Below, in pieces: positions 37,927-47,531 of a stretch of 64,000 bases of DNA. The stretch's first letter is position 1. Each line of letters opens with the position of its first letter. Origin of the DNA: Patescibacteria group bacterium. Lineage in GTDB: Bacteria > Patescibacteriota > Patescibacteriia > Patescibacteriales > UBA12075. The notes under the pieces are model-generated. The model was not told the origin of the DNA, did not search any database, and saw only the letters and a program-made list of their open reading frames with translations. A program made the translations under genes and the position numbers. The stretch lies in assembly GCA_018897195.1 (NCBI GenBank), contig JAHILH010000003.1, positions 431 to 64,430 on the forward strand. Reading direction: 5' to 3'.

Positions 37927-39195
37927 ATGGAAAAGTTTTTACAAATTTGGAAAATTAAGGATCTACGAAAAAATATTTTATTCGTGTTTGCGATGTTGGT
38001 TGTATTTCGTTTTGCGGCACATATTCCTTTGCCGGGCGTAAATGCTGAGGCCTTGAAACAATTTTTTGCATCTAACCAAGTAATGGGTTTGTTGAATGTT
38101 TTTTCTGGTGGAGGTATGGAAAACTTTTCAATTATTATGATGGGTATTGCTCCTTATATTACCGCTTCGATTATTTTTCAGTTATTGGGTATGATTATTC
38201 CAAGTTTTGAAGAAATGCAAAAGGAGGAGTCTGGACGACAAAAGATTAATATGTGGACTCGTTGGTTAACAGTTCCTTTGGCAGCGATGCAGGCTTTTGG
38301 TATGATTACGCTTTTGCGTCGAACGCAAGCAAACATCTTGGGTGATATTTCTGCTTTTGATTTATTGAGTATGGTAGTTGTTGTGACTGCGGGCACAGTC
38401 TTCTTGATGTGGATTGGTGAATTGATTACGGAAAAAAATATTGGCAATGGCGTGTCTTTCTTGATTTTTGCTGGTATTGTATCTGGCTTGCCAATGCAAT
38501 TGCAACAGACAATGGCGACATATAGCGCTGACCAATTATTTACCTTTATTGCCTTTATTGTGATTGCGATTGTGACTGTTGTGGGGGTTATTTATATTAC
38601 AGAAGCGCAACGTAACATTCCCGTGCAGTATGCGAAGCAGATTCGAGGCGGACATGTTCATGGTGGTACTTCTACTCATTTGCCATTGCGTGTTAATATG
38701 GCTGGCGTGATTCCAATTATCTTTGCAATTTCAGTAATTTTATTTCCATCAATGATCGCACAGTTTTTCATTCATGCAAAAACTACCTGGATTGCTAACA
38801 CCGCGGCGCACACTATTACTTTATTCCAAAATCAGTTATTCTACGGTATTTCATATTTTGTGTTAGTTTTTGCCTTTACTTTCTTTTATACGGAAGTTAT
38901 TTTTCATCCTGATCAAATAGCTGAGAATTTACAAAAGCAAGGTGGATTTATTCCTGGTATTAGACCAGGACGTCACACAGCTGAGTACTTATCAAACACA
39001 ACTTACAAAATTATTTCTGTTGGAGCTTTATTCTTGGCTATCATTGCTGTTATGCCCTTGGTGTTGAAATATTTCTCTGGCGTTCAGTCATTAGCAATTG
39101 GCGGCACATCCTTATTGATTGTGGTGTCAGTGGTAATTGAATTGGTAAAGCAGATTGAAGCACAGTTAACAATGCGGGAGTATGAGATAAAATAA
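37927..39195 (+). CDS. secY: Preprotein translocase subunit SecY
   Basis: GIAPYITASII, GNGVS, GGFIPGIRPG and GGTSLLIVV. Confidence 0.99.
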   Translation: MEKFLQIWKIKDLRKNILFVFAMLVVFRFAAHIPLPGVNAEALKQFFASNQVMGLLNVFSGGGMENFSIIMMGIAPYITASIIFQLLGMIIPSFEEMQKEESGRQKINMWTRWLTVPLAAMQAFGMITLLRRTQANILGDISAFDLLSMVVVVTAGTVFLMWIGELITEKNIGNGVSFLIFAGIVSGLPMQLQQTMATYSADQLFTFIAFIVIAIVTVVGVIYITEAQRNIPVQYAKQIRGGHVHGGTSTHLPLRVNMAGVIPIIFAISVILFPSMIAQFFIHAKTTWIANTAAHTITLFQNQLFYGISYFVLVFAFTFFYTEVIFHPDQIAENLQKQGGFIPGIRPGRHTAEYLSNTTYKIISVGALFLAIIAVMPLVLKYFSGVQSLAIGGTSLLIVVSVVIELVKQIEAQLTMREYEIK

Positions 39196-39215
39196 GAAAA
39201 TTAGCTTAGCTACAC

Positions 39216-39246
39216 AAAAAACCTGTCCAACGTGGACAGGTTTTTT
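39216..39246 (+). terminator. Intrinsic terminator after secY
   Basis: AAAAAACCTGTCCA-ACG-TGGACAGGTTTTTT. Confidence 0.85.
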
Positions 39247-39283
39247 ATATTATCAAAATATGTTATAATAAAAAAATAAATAT

Positions 39284-40792
39284 ATGGCAAATACTAATCC
39301 AATTATCGAGGTGAAAAAAGTAAATTTTACCTACAACAAGGGAAAAGATAATGAGTATCAAGCCTTAGCTGATATTAACTTAGATATCTATCCGGAGGAA
39401 TTTATTGCAATCCTGGGGCCGTCTGGCTGTGGGAAGTCTTCGTTGTTAAATATTTTAGCTGGACTGGAAAAGCCGGACGAGGGGATGATTAACGTGATGG
39501 GGCGTGACTTGATGGCCATGAATGGTCGTGAGTTTGCCGATTATCATCGTCTCGAGGTGGGGATGATTTATCAGGCCTATAATTTGATTACTAGTTTGAG
39601 CGTGTTGGACAATGTGGCCCTGCCACAGATTTTTATAAACACTCATCGCGGCAAGCGCAATGCCTTGGCAAAAACGCTTCTAGAAAGATTTGGCATTTTG
39701 GAGCAGGCACATCGTATTCCAACTGAATTGTCTGGTGGACAGCAACAGCGTATTGGCATTGCTCGTTCAATAGTTAATGATCCGAGTTTGATTTTGGCAG
39801 ATGAGCCCGTTGGTAATTTGGACTCAACTTCAGCGGAAAATGTTTTAAATATCCTCAGTGACTTAAATACCAAAGAAAAAAAGACGATTATTATGGTGAC
39901 GCATAATCCAGAAAATGTTATTTATGCTGATCGGATTATTCATATGAAAGACGGGGTGATAATCAGGGAAGAAATTAACGAGAATAAGGGCAAGCCATTG
40001 GCTAAAAAAGAGGACGGAAAAACAGCTAAATCACCAACCGAGGAAATGGCATCCATGCTGCGGACTTATAGCGGATTATCGAATGAACAGATAAATATTT
40101 TGATTATGCCCTATAAGTCAAAGATGTTTGTTAATTATTTTACGTCTGAGAAGAATTATGAGGAAACAAAAGTCTTTGAAGACGCTATTCAACGTCAGTT
40201 GATGGGAACTATTACCAGGGCGGAATTTTTAGATATCTTGCATCGTCCTTCGCGTGATGGCGGTATTGGTTTTGACATTAGGTCGTCAGAAAAGATTATT
40301 AGAAGAATGGATAGAATTATCCGTTTAGCTTATTTTATGCAGCAAAAATTTCATCAGGTGAAGAACGAGCGAGGCGGGCATGAAAAAGTTGTTATTGAGG
40401 AAAAGACACAGAAACTGACTGATTATTTATTAAAAACTTGCTATAATAAGCATTATCAAAATTTAGACGAAGCTCAATTGAGTAGGCTGAAGAGTGCTGT
40501 TAAGGATCGCTTTGAAAACAATATGCAAAAATCGGAATTTTATAATTATTTAGACAAGTCTTTCAAAGAGGATGGGGTGGGCTTGAATAGTAAAACGGCA
40601 CGCGCAATAACGGATGAGATGGAATTGGTTTTAGTAGTTGGCTTTGGTGTTTCGCAAAACGAGAGCATGCGAAAACTTAAATTGGAAAAAGCAGAGAGTG
40701 CTAGCATGGTGTCCAATTCAGCCATGGATTTAGAATCATCTAGGGTGATGAATAGTATTGCAGAGCGCTTAAAGAAAATTAATAATAAATAA
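39284..40792 (+). CDS. LolD/MacB-type ABC ATPase with a long duplicated C-terminal domain
   Basis: GPSGCGKS, LSGGQQQR, ADEPVGNLD and VTHN, plus about 260 extra aa. Confidence 0.88.
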   Translation: MANTNPIIEVKKVNFTYNKGKDNEYQALADINLDIYPEEFIAILGPSGCGKSSLLNILAGLEKPDEGMINVMGRDLMAMNGREFADYHRLEVGMIYQAYNLITSLSVLDNVALPQIFINTHRGKRNALAKTLLERFGILEQAHRIPTELSGGQQQRIGIARSIVNDPSLILADEPVGNLDSTSAENVLNILSDLNTKEKKTIIMVTHNPENVIYADRIIHMKDGVIIREEINENKGKPLAKKEDGKTAKSPTEEMASMLRTYSGLSNEQINILIMPYKSKMFVNYFTSEKNYEETKVFEDAIQRQLMGTITRAEFLDILHRPSRDGGIGFDIRSSEKIIRRMDRIIRLAYFMQQKFHQVKNERGGHEKVVIEEKTQKLTDYLLKTCYNKHYQNLDEAQLSRLKSAVKDRFENNMQKSEFYNYLDKSFKEDGVGLNSKTARAITDEMELVLVVGFGVSQNESMRKLKLEKAESASMVSNSAMDLESSRVMNSIAERLKKINNK

Positions 40793-40797
40793 AGTTT

Positions 40798-42006
40798 ATG
40801 TTAACATTGGATGTATTAAGATTATCAACAAGAATGTTTAGGAGCAATCGGTCGCGGACGATCTTGACTATTTTGGGTATCAGTGTCGGCATTGGCGCTA
40901 TCTTGTTTTTGGTGTCGCTTGGGTATGGCTTACAGCAACTTATTTTAAATAAAATTACCACTTCGGATGCATTATTGAGTCTAGATGTCGCTACCGGTGA
41001 TCTTGATAATCTAAAGATGGATGAAAATTTATTGACAAATATTCGAGGAATTGCTGGCGTTGATAAGGTTAGTCCGCTGCTTACAACGCAATCGCAGGCT
41101 GATATTAATGATATTTCATCAGAGTTGGCCGTTAATTTTTCCGATAGGGACTTTTTCAAACTCGATGGTACGACTTTGAAAATCGGGCGTTTTTATGAAA
41201 ATACCGAAGAGGATAAAGACAAAATAATTATTTCATCAACCGCCTTAAAGCTTTTTAATATTGCCGACGATAAGATTTTTAATACCAATATTAAATTTAC
41301 TTTATTATTACCAAATGTTGTTGAGGGTGCTGACAAGAAATTAAGAAATTCAATTAGTCTCGACAGAGAATTTCAAATTGTTGGCGTGATTGATGATGAA
41401 AGTGCTAGCTATGTCTATATGCCTTTTACCAATAGTGATATTTTATCTGCTAAAAATTTTAGTAAAATCAAGGTGAGAGTTGACATGAAAGAGCGCCTGG
41501 ATTTTGTTAGAAATGCAATTACGGAAAAAGGCTTTACGGTCAGTGCCTTGTCTGATGTTATTGAGCAGGCCAATCAGATATTTAAAATTTTGCAAATTGT
41601 TTTAGCGTCCTTTGGTATTGTGGCTTTGATAGTGTCAGCTATCGGCATGTTTAATACGATGACTATTGCTCTTTTGGAGCGGACGCAGGAAATCGGCATT
41701 ATGAAGGCTCTGGGGGCTACTAGTTTGGATATTTGGAGTATGTTTTTGTCCGAGTCAGTGATTATCGGTTTTCTGGGCGGAGCCTGCGGTATTGGTATTG
41801 GCATGGCCGGTGGCGAAGTGTTTAATTATGGCGTTAATTTTTTAGCGGGCGCAATGGGTGGTAATGGAATTGATTTGTTTTATACGCCCTTATGGTTTAT
41901 CATGTTGATTATTATTTTTTCCACTTTTGTTGGTTTGATTACGGGATTTTATCCAGCTAAGCGCGCTGCTAATATTAATTGTTTGGCGGCGCTAAGATAT
42001 AAATAA
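40798..42006 (+). CDS. MacB/FtsX-like ABC permease
   Basis: RTILTILGISVG, ERTQEIGIMKALGA and YPAKRAA...ALRY. Confidence 0.9.
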   Translation: MLTLDVLRLSTRMFRSNRSRTILTILGISVGIGAILFLVSLGYGLQQLILNKITTSDALLSLDVATGDLDNLKMDENLLTNIRGIAGVDKVSPLLTTQSQADINDISSELAVNFSDRDFFKLDGTTLKIGRFYENTEEDKDKIIISSTALKLFNIADDKIFNTNIKFTLLLPNVVEGADKKLRNSISLDREFQIVGVIDDESASYVYMPFTNSDILSAKNFSKIKVRVDMKERLDFVRNAITEKGFTVSALSDVIEQANQIFKILQIVLASFGIVALIVSAIGMFNTMTIALLERTQEIGIMKALGATSLDIWSMFLSESVIIGFLGGACGIGIGMAGGEVFNYGVNFLAGAMGGNGIDLFYTPLWFIMLIIIFSTFVGLITGFYPAKRAANINCLAALRYK

Positions 42007-42073
42007 AATTTTAATAATGAGGTATCCGCTGTTGTCCCGAGTGTTCTGGACTATGGCGTGGCAAAGCAAATAT

Positions 42074-42703
42074 ATGTCAGATTTATCAAATGTAAAAATT
42101 AGAGAAATAATCGAAAAAAATCATTTAGTAGACAACAAAGGAGTAAGAACGGTTGTTGAGAAAATGACTGGTGAAAAATTGAGCAGAGATGGATCAAAAA
42201 AGGAGTTGGGTAAATTTCTTAAAAAATGGGCGGATACAAAAAACAATGAAACAAAAAATACAATATTAAATAATGCAGGATTGAGCAAGTATGGTAGTTT
42301 TAAAAGTTCTAGGGAAAAAATTGATAAGGCTTTTAATAGTAAGAAAATAAAATCATCAAGTGAGTTAAGGGCAGAGGAAAAAATAAGAAAAATAATGATA
42401 AGACGTAATATTGCCGCATCAAGAGCATCGGCTAGCTTTGGTCAACAGAAATCTGAGCGGGGATCCATGTTTATGAAAGATATTAAAGCTCGCGCGCAGG
42501 TTGTTCATCAAGGAGTACATAGTGCTTCAATTGGTGGCGCCAGTACTCGTAAAAATCTTAGTTTTCAAAATGAGAATAATAAGGGCTTGTCGGTGGATAA
42601 GGATGCTTATAAGCCCGCAGGCGGTTTCGGATCTAAAAATAGCGCTGCACCAGGTATAGGTCGTGGTGGGATAGTTGGGTCGATGGGAATGGGTAGATTG
42701 TAA
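42074..42703 (+). CDS. Basic hypothetical protein
   Basis: Long ORF; start placed at ATG 42074 because 42017-42070 overlaps a palindromic repeat-like stretch. Confidence 0.6.
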   Translation: MSDLSNVKIREIIEKNHLVDNKGVRTVVEKMTGEKLSRDGSKKELGKFLKKWADTKNNETKNTILNNAGLSKYGSFKSSREKIDKAFNSKKIKSSSELRAEEKIRKIMIRRNIAASRASASFGQQKSERGSMFMKDIKARAQVVHQGVHSASIGGASTRKNLSFQNENNKGLSVDKDAYKPAGGFGSKNSAAPGIGRGGIVGSMGMGRL

Positions 42704-42769
42704 TAAAATAAATCTGTTTTTTATATCTAAATAATGATATATATGTAATATTAGATAAAATTACATATT

Positions 42770-42798
42770 TTGACATTTTTTGATTTTATCTGTATTAT
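42770..42798 (+). promoter_or_regulatory. aspS promoter
   Basis: TTGACA-N17-TATTAT. Confidence 0.7.
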
Positions 42799-42804
42799 TA
42801 CTCT

Positions 42805-43009
42805 ATATAAAGCCGTTATTATTTTGGCCAACACCAAAAAAGGCGCAGAAAGAAATTTGTCATTTTGGCAAGGAGTAGAATCTGCCGGATAAGCCCCGTT
42901 ATCGCTGTCTAAAAGTGTCCCGATTGTTTGGGAAATGAGGGTGGTACCGCGGGTGAAGACTCGTCCCTGGATGTCATTTTTTTTGATGTTCAGAGACGAG
43001 TCTTTTTTT
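42805..43009 (+). ncRNA. T-box riboswitch (transcription-attenuation type) upstream of aspS
   Basis: AATGAGGGTGGTACCGCG T-box with antiterminator partner CGTCCCT; Stem II with GAA/AGTA; Stem IIA GATAA-GCCCCG-TTATC; Stem III; terminator AAGACTCGTC...GACGAGTCTT plus U-tract. Confidence 0.9.
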
Positions 43010-43040
43010 ATTAATTATTAATATAAAAATATAAAAATAT

Positions 43041-44825
43041 ATGTTGCGAACACATAAGTGTGGTGAATTAACCAAGAAAAATTTAAATGAGGAAGTAATC
43101 TTATCCGGCTGGGTGCATAGCCGACGTGATCACGGTGGAATTATTTTTATTGATTTACGTGATCGTTATGGATTGACGCAGATCAAGTTTGATCCAGAAA
43201 TTAATAAAGCTGCTTGGAGCGAAGCGGATGCGGCGCGGAGTGAATGGGTATTGCAGGTGACTGGTAAAGTGATTGCGCGACCAGATAATATGGTCAATCC
43301 AAAATTAGCGACTGGAGAAATTGAGATTGAGGCTATTAGTGTGGAGATTTTGAATAAATCAGAAACGCCTCCTTTTGAATTGAATGAAGATAAGGTAAGT
43401 GAAATTAATGAACATATTCGTTTGAAATATCGTTTTGTGGATTTGCGCCGACAACGCATGCAACATATTATGAAAATGCGTGATGATGTTTTGACACACA
43501 TGCGCCGGTATTTTCATTCGCTAGATTTTATTGATGTACAGACTCCGATTTTGGCTAATTCATCTCCGGAAGGAGCGCGTGATTTTTTGATTCCATCACG
43601 TTTTCATCCGGGTAAATTTTATGCCTTGCCACAGGCGCCGCAACAATTCAAACAACTCTTGATGGTTGGTGGCGTTGATAAATATTTTCAAATCGCACCA
43701 TGTTTCCGTGATGAAGATCCAAGATCAGATCGTCATCAAGGAGATTTTTATCAAGTCGATATGGAGATGAGCTTTGTGGAACAGGAAGATGTGTGGCGTG
43801 TGATTGAAAATTTAATGATCGAAGTGATTGAGAAGTTTAGTGACATGGAAATAATTAACAAACCATTTTTGCGAATTCCATATATGGAATGTTTGACTAA
43901 GTATGGTAGTGATAAGCCGGATTTGCGTTATGGTCTAGAGATTGAGCCGATAACGGAGATGGTGGCTGGTTGTGGCTTCTCAGTCTTTGCGGATATGGCA
44001 GCGAAAAATGGTTACGTCGTGCACGCCTTGAAAGTAGATGGTGGTGCGAAGTTTAGTCGTAAGGAGATTGATGAGTTGACTGAAGTGGCGAAGACGAAAG
44101 GAGCGAAAGGCTTGGCATACATTATTTTAAAAGAAGGCGGTGAGTTGCAGTCGCCAATCGTGAAATTTTTGGGTGAAGAATTGGCAAAGAAAATCGTGGA
44201 TAGATTGGAGGCGAAGGCGGGTGATATCGTTTTCTTTGGCGCTGACAAGTTTGAGACCGTCTGGAAGGCACTTGGCGCGGTTCGTAGTGACTGTGGCACG
44301 CGTTTAGGTCTAAAAGACGATAAAAAGGCTTCATTGGTCTGGGTGGTAGATTTCCCGATGTTTGAAATGTCTGAGCTTGAACCAGGTCGTGTCGATTTCT
44401 CACACAATCCATTCTCAATGCCTCAAGGCGGACTCAAGTCCTTGCAAGAAAAAAATCCTTTCGACATCTTGGCGTATCAATATGATTTAGCCTTCAACGG
44501 CTATGAAATATTATCCGGTGCGATTCGCAATCACAATCCAGAGATTATGTATAAAGCTTTTGAATTGGCTGGTTACAAACAAGAGGAAGTAGATGCTCGA
44601 TTCGGTGGCTTGATCAATGCTTTCAAATTCGGTGCGCCACCTCATGGCGGTTCCGCGATTGGCATTGACCGCGTCTTGATGATTCTTCTTGGCATCGACT
44701 CCGTGCGAGACGTTTATGCCTTTCCTAAGGATGGTCAAGGACGCGATGTGATGATGGACAGTCCGACTGTTGTTGATGAGAAGCAATTGCGAGAGTTGAA
44801 TATTAAAATCACAAAACAAATATAA
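43041..44825 (+). CDS. aspS: Aspartate--tRNA ligase (likely non-discriminating Asp/Asn)
   Basis: RRDHGG, PEGARDF, YFQIAPCFRDED and GAPPHGG. Confidence 0.97.
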   Translation: MLRTHKCGELTKKNLNEEVILSGWVHSRRDHGGIIFIDLRDRYGLTQIKFDPEINKAAWSEADAARSEWVLQVTGKVIARPDNMVNPKLATGEIEIEAISVEILNKSETPPFELNEDKVSEINEHIRLKYRFVDLRRQRMQHIMKMRDDVLTHMRRYFHSLDFIDVQTPILANSSPEGARDFLIPSRFHPGKFYALPQAPQQFKQLLMVGGVDKYFQIAPCFRDEDPRSDRHQGDFYQVDMEMSFVEQEDVWRVIENLMIEVIEKFSDMEIINKPFLRIPYMECLTKYGSDKPDLRYGLEIEPITEMVAGCGFSVFADMAAKNGYVVHALKVDGGAKFSRKEIDELTEVAKTKGAKGLAYIILKEGGELQSPIVKFLGEELAKKIVDRLEAKAGDIVFFGADKFETVWKALGAVRSDCGTRLGLKDDKKASLVWVVDFPMFEMSELEPGRVDFSHNPFSMPQGGLKSLQEKNPFDILAYQYDLAFNGYEILSGAIRNHNPEIMYKAFELAGYKQEEVDARFGGLINAFKFGAPPHGGSAIGIDRVLMILLGIDSVRDVYAFPKDGQGRDVMMDSPTVVDEKQLRELNIKITKQI

Positions 44826-44850
44826 TTCTATATAAAAAAGAGGGGTAATG

Positions 44851-45008
44851 GTCTCCCTCGCCCCGCGGGAGAGGGTTAGCGCAATCCTCGTCCGACAAAT
44901 AATAAGGGGACGGGGTGAGGGGTTGTCGGAAGATGGTTTGTGGATAATATTTTGTTTAGTGCACAGAAAACTACCTCACCCTAACCCTCTCCTGGCAAGG
45001 AGAGGGAA
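44851..45008. repeat. REPIN-like doublet, homologue of 6999-7124 with a ~34-bp insertion
   Basis: Shares both arms and the spacer GTTGTCGGAAGATGGTT...GCACAGAA.ACTACCTCACCCT. Confidence 0.85.
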
Positions 45009-45038
45009 TAAAACGATTTAATTTTAATTTTAAAACAT

Positions 45039-47474
45039 ATGTACGATCATAAAATAATTGAGAAAAAATGGCAGCAGAAATGGGAAGAGAGTGGAATCAA
45101 TAAAACTGGCGATAATGAGGGCAAGGATAAATATTATTGTCTAGATATGTTTCCTTATCCGTCTGGCGCTGGTTTGCACATCGGTCATGTCGAGAGCTAT
45201 ACAGCGACGGATATCATGTCTCGTTATCAACGCATGAACGGTAAGAATGTTTTGCATCCGCAGGGCTGGGATGCTTTTGGTTTGCCGGCGGAGAATTACG
45301 CGATCAAGACTGGTACTCATCCATCGGTGACGACAACGGATAATATCAAGAACTTTACGCGTCAGATTAAGAGTCTGGGCATGTCTTATGATTGGAGTAA
45401 AGAAATTAATACTTCAACGCCGGAATATTACAAATGGACACAATGGTTTTTTTCTTTGTTATATAAAAATGGTTTAGCTTATAAAAAGAAGTCTAAAGTG
45501 AATTGGTGTCCAAAGTGTCAAACAGTATTAGCCAATGAACAAGCTAATGGAGGTGTTTGTGAGCGTTGCAGTACCAAGGTTGAACAGCGAGATTTAGAGC
45601 AGTGGTTTTTTAAGATCACGGATTTTATTGAACAGAATGGTCAGACCACTGGTCTTTTGGATGGTTTGAATAAAGTTGATTGGCCGGAATCAATCAAGGC
45701 AGCACAGCGTAATTGGATTGGAAAATCTGAAGGTGCACTTGTTAAATTTCTGATTAGCGATAGCCAAGAACATCTTGAAGTATTTACGACACGCGTCGAT
45801 ACGATTTTTGGTTGCACCTATTGTGTAGTGGCACCTGAACATCCACTGATTGAAAACTTGAAATTGCAAATTGAAAATTACAACGAAGTTGAGCAGTATA
45901 TTTTAGAAGCTAAACACAAGACCGATCTGGATCGTATGGAGGCGAAAGAAAAATCCGGAGTCGAACTCAAGGGGGTGAAGATGATTAATCCATTTAATGG
46001 CGAAGAGGTGTCTTTATTTGTAGCCGACTATGTTTTGGGTAGTTATGGAACTGGTGCAGTAATGGCGGTGCCGGCACATGATGAAAGAGATTGGGAGTTT
46101 GCGAAGAAGTATGATTTAAAAATTAAAAAATCTATTGATAGTAAGCAGAGCACTGATGAAGAGCTTTTTACCGATGATGGTGTGCTTGTTAACTCTGGTG
46201 AATTCACTGGCTTGAAATCGGCGGCAGCGCGTGAAAAAATGATGTCATGGCTTGAGGAGAAAGGAGCTGGTGCGCGCAAAATTAATTATCGTTTGCGTGA
46301 TTGGTTAGTATCTCGTCAGCGTTATTGGGGCGCGCCGATTCCGGTGATTTATTGTGATGATTGTGGTGAAGTGTTGGATGCTAATTTGCCAGTGGAATTG
46401 CCGACGGATGTAGATTTCAAACCGACTGGTGAATCGCCGTTAGTTTACTCAAAAACTTTTCATGATGTGCAATGTCCAAAGTGTGGCAGTGCAGCTGCGC
46501 GTCGTGAGTCAGATACAATGGACACCTTTGTGTGCTCAAGTTGGTATTATTTTCGTTATACTGATTGCGAAAACAAAGACGAATTTGCTTCAAAGGAAAG
46601 TATTAAAAAATGGTTGCCGGTAGATTTATATGTTGGTGGGGCGGAACACGCGGTGTTGCATTTACTGTATGCGCGTTTCTTTACCAAGGTCTTGCACAAC
46701 TTAGGCTATATTGATTTTGATGAGCCATTCTTAAAATTACGTAATCAGGGCATGATTCTGGCAGAGGATGGACGTAAGATGTCAAAATCACTTGGTAATG
46801 TTGTTAATCCTGATGAGGTAGTAGAATCGCACGGCGCTGATTCATTGCGTATGTTTGAAATGTTTATGGGACCATTGGAGGATGCGAAACCATGGAATAC
46901 GAAGGGGATTGTGGGTGTCAGAAAATTTTTGGAAAAGATTTATAATATTGTTGAAAATAAACACTTGGAAAATTGTAATTGCGCTACTGATGAGTGTGCC
47001 GGCATTGCTAAACCATTTGCCACTTTGGTGCATAAGACGATTAAGAAAGTGGGCGAGGATATCATGGATTTTAAATTTAATACCGCAATTGCTCAGATGA
47101 TGATTTTGGTCAACGAGATGAGTCGCTATGAGATTTTGCCAAAGATGGCGGTGGAAAAACTATTACAAATTTTAGCGCCATTTGCGCCACACATAGCTGA
47201 AGAGTTGTGGGAAAAATTGGGTCACAGCGAAAGCATTCTTAAATCTAGTTGGCCACAATATAATCCAGACAAGATTGTTGATGAGGTGATTCAATTGGTC
47301 GTACAAGTGAACGGTAAGCTTCGCGATACGATTGAGGTGGCATCAGATATTACCGAAGAAGACGCAAAAAAAGTCGCTCTAGAAAGCGACGTGATTAAGA
47401 AATGGATTGATGGTAAGGAGATTGTGAAAGTGGTGGTTGTTAAGGGTAAGTTAGTTAATATTGTTATCAGATAA
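45039..47474 (+). CDS. leuS: Leucine--tRNA ligase
   Basis: MFPYPSG, HIGH, KMSKS and editing-domain TTRVDT/AVPAHD. Confidence 0.98.
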   Translation: MYDHKIIEKKWQQKWEESGINKTGDNEGKDKYYCLDMFPYPSGAGLHIGHVESYTATDIMSRYQRMNGKNVLHPQGWDAFGLPAENYAIKTGTHPSVTTTDNIKNFTRQIKSLGMSYDWSKEINTSTPEYYKWTQWFFSLLYKNGLAYKKKSKVNWCPKCQTVLANEQANGGVCERCSTKVEQRDLEQWFFKITDFIEQNGQTTGLLDGLNKVDWPESIKAAQRNWIGKSEGALVKFLISDSQEHLEVFTTRVDTIFGCTYCVVAPEHPLIENLKLQIENYNEVEQYILEAKHKTDLDRMEAKEKSGVELKGVKMINPFNGEEVSLFVADYVLGSYGTGAVMAVPAHDERDWEFAKKYDLKIKKSIDSKQSTDEELFTDDGVLVNSGEFTGLKSAAAREKMMSWLEEKGAGARKINYRLRDWLVSRQRYWGAPIPVIYCDDCGEVLDANLPVELPTDVDFKPTGESPLVYSKTFHDVQCPKCGSAAARRESDTMDTFVCSSWYYFRYTDCENKDEFASKESIKKWLPVDLYVGGAEHAVLHLLYARFFTKVLHNLGYIDFDEPFLKLRNQGMILAEDGRKMSKSLGNVVNPDEVVESHGADSLRMFEMFMGPLEDAKPWNTKGIVGVRKFLEKIYNIVENKHLENCNCATDECAGIAKPFATLVHKTIKKVGEDIMDFKFNTAIAQMMILVNEMSRYEILPKMAVEKLLQILAPFAPHIAEELWEKLGHSESILKSSWPQYNPDKIVDEVIQLVVQVNGKLRDTIEVASDITEEDAKKVALESDVIKKWIDGKEIVKVVVVKGKLVNIVIR

Positions 47475-47481
47475 TTTATAT

Positions 47482-47519
47482 TCTCCCTCGCCCCGGCGGG
47501 AGAGGGTCGGGGTGAGGGG
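47482..47519. repeat. GGGGTGAGG-family REP arm (left)
   Basis: TCTCCCTCGCCCCGGCGGGAGAGGGTCGGGGTGAGGGG. Confidence 0.85.
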
Positions 47520-47531
47520 TAAATTTGAAAA

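Noticed and set aside
22305..39195. Numerous antisense and alternate-frame ORFs over ribosomal and other conserved genes
   Set aside because: These are shadow ORFs from codon bias, with no recognisable motifs.
39203..39250. Post-secY ACACAAAAAACC...GGTTTTTTATA as another copy of the two-hairpin motif
   Set aside because: It lacks the bulged P1 and is fully explained as a strong terminator.
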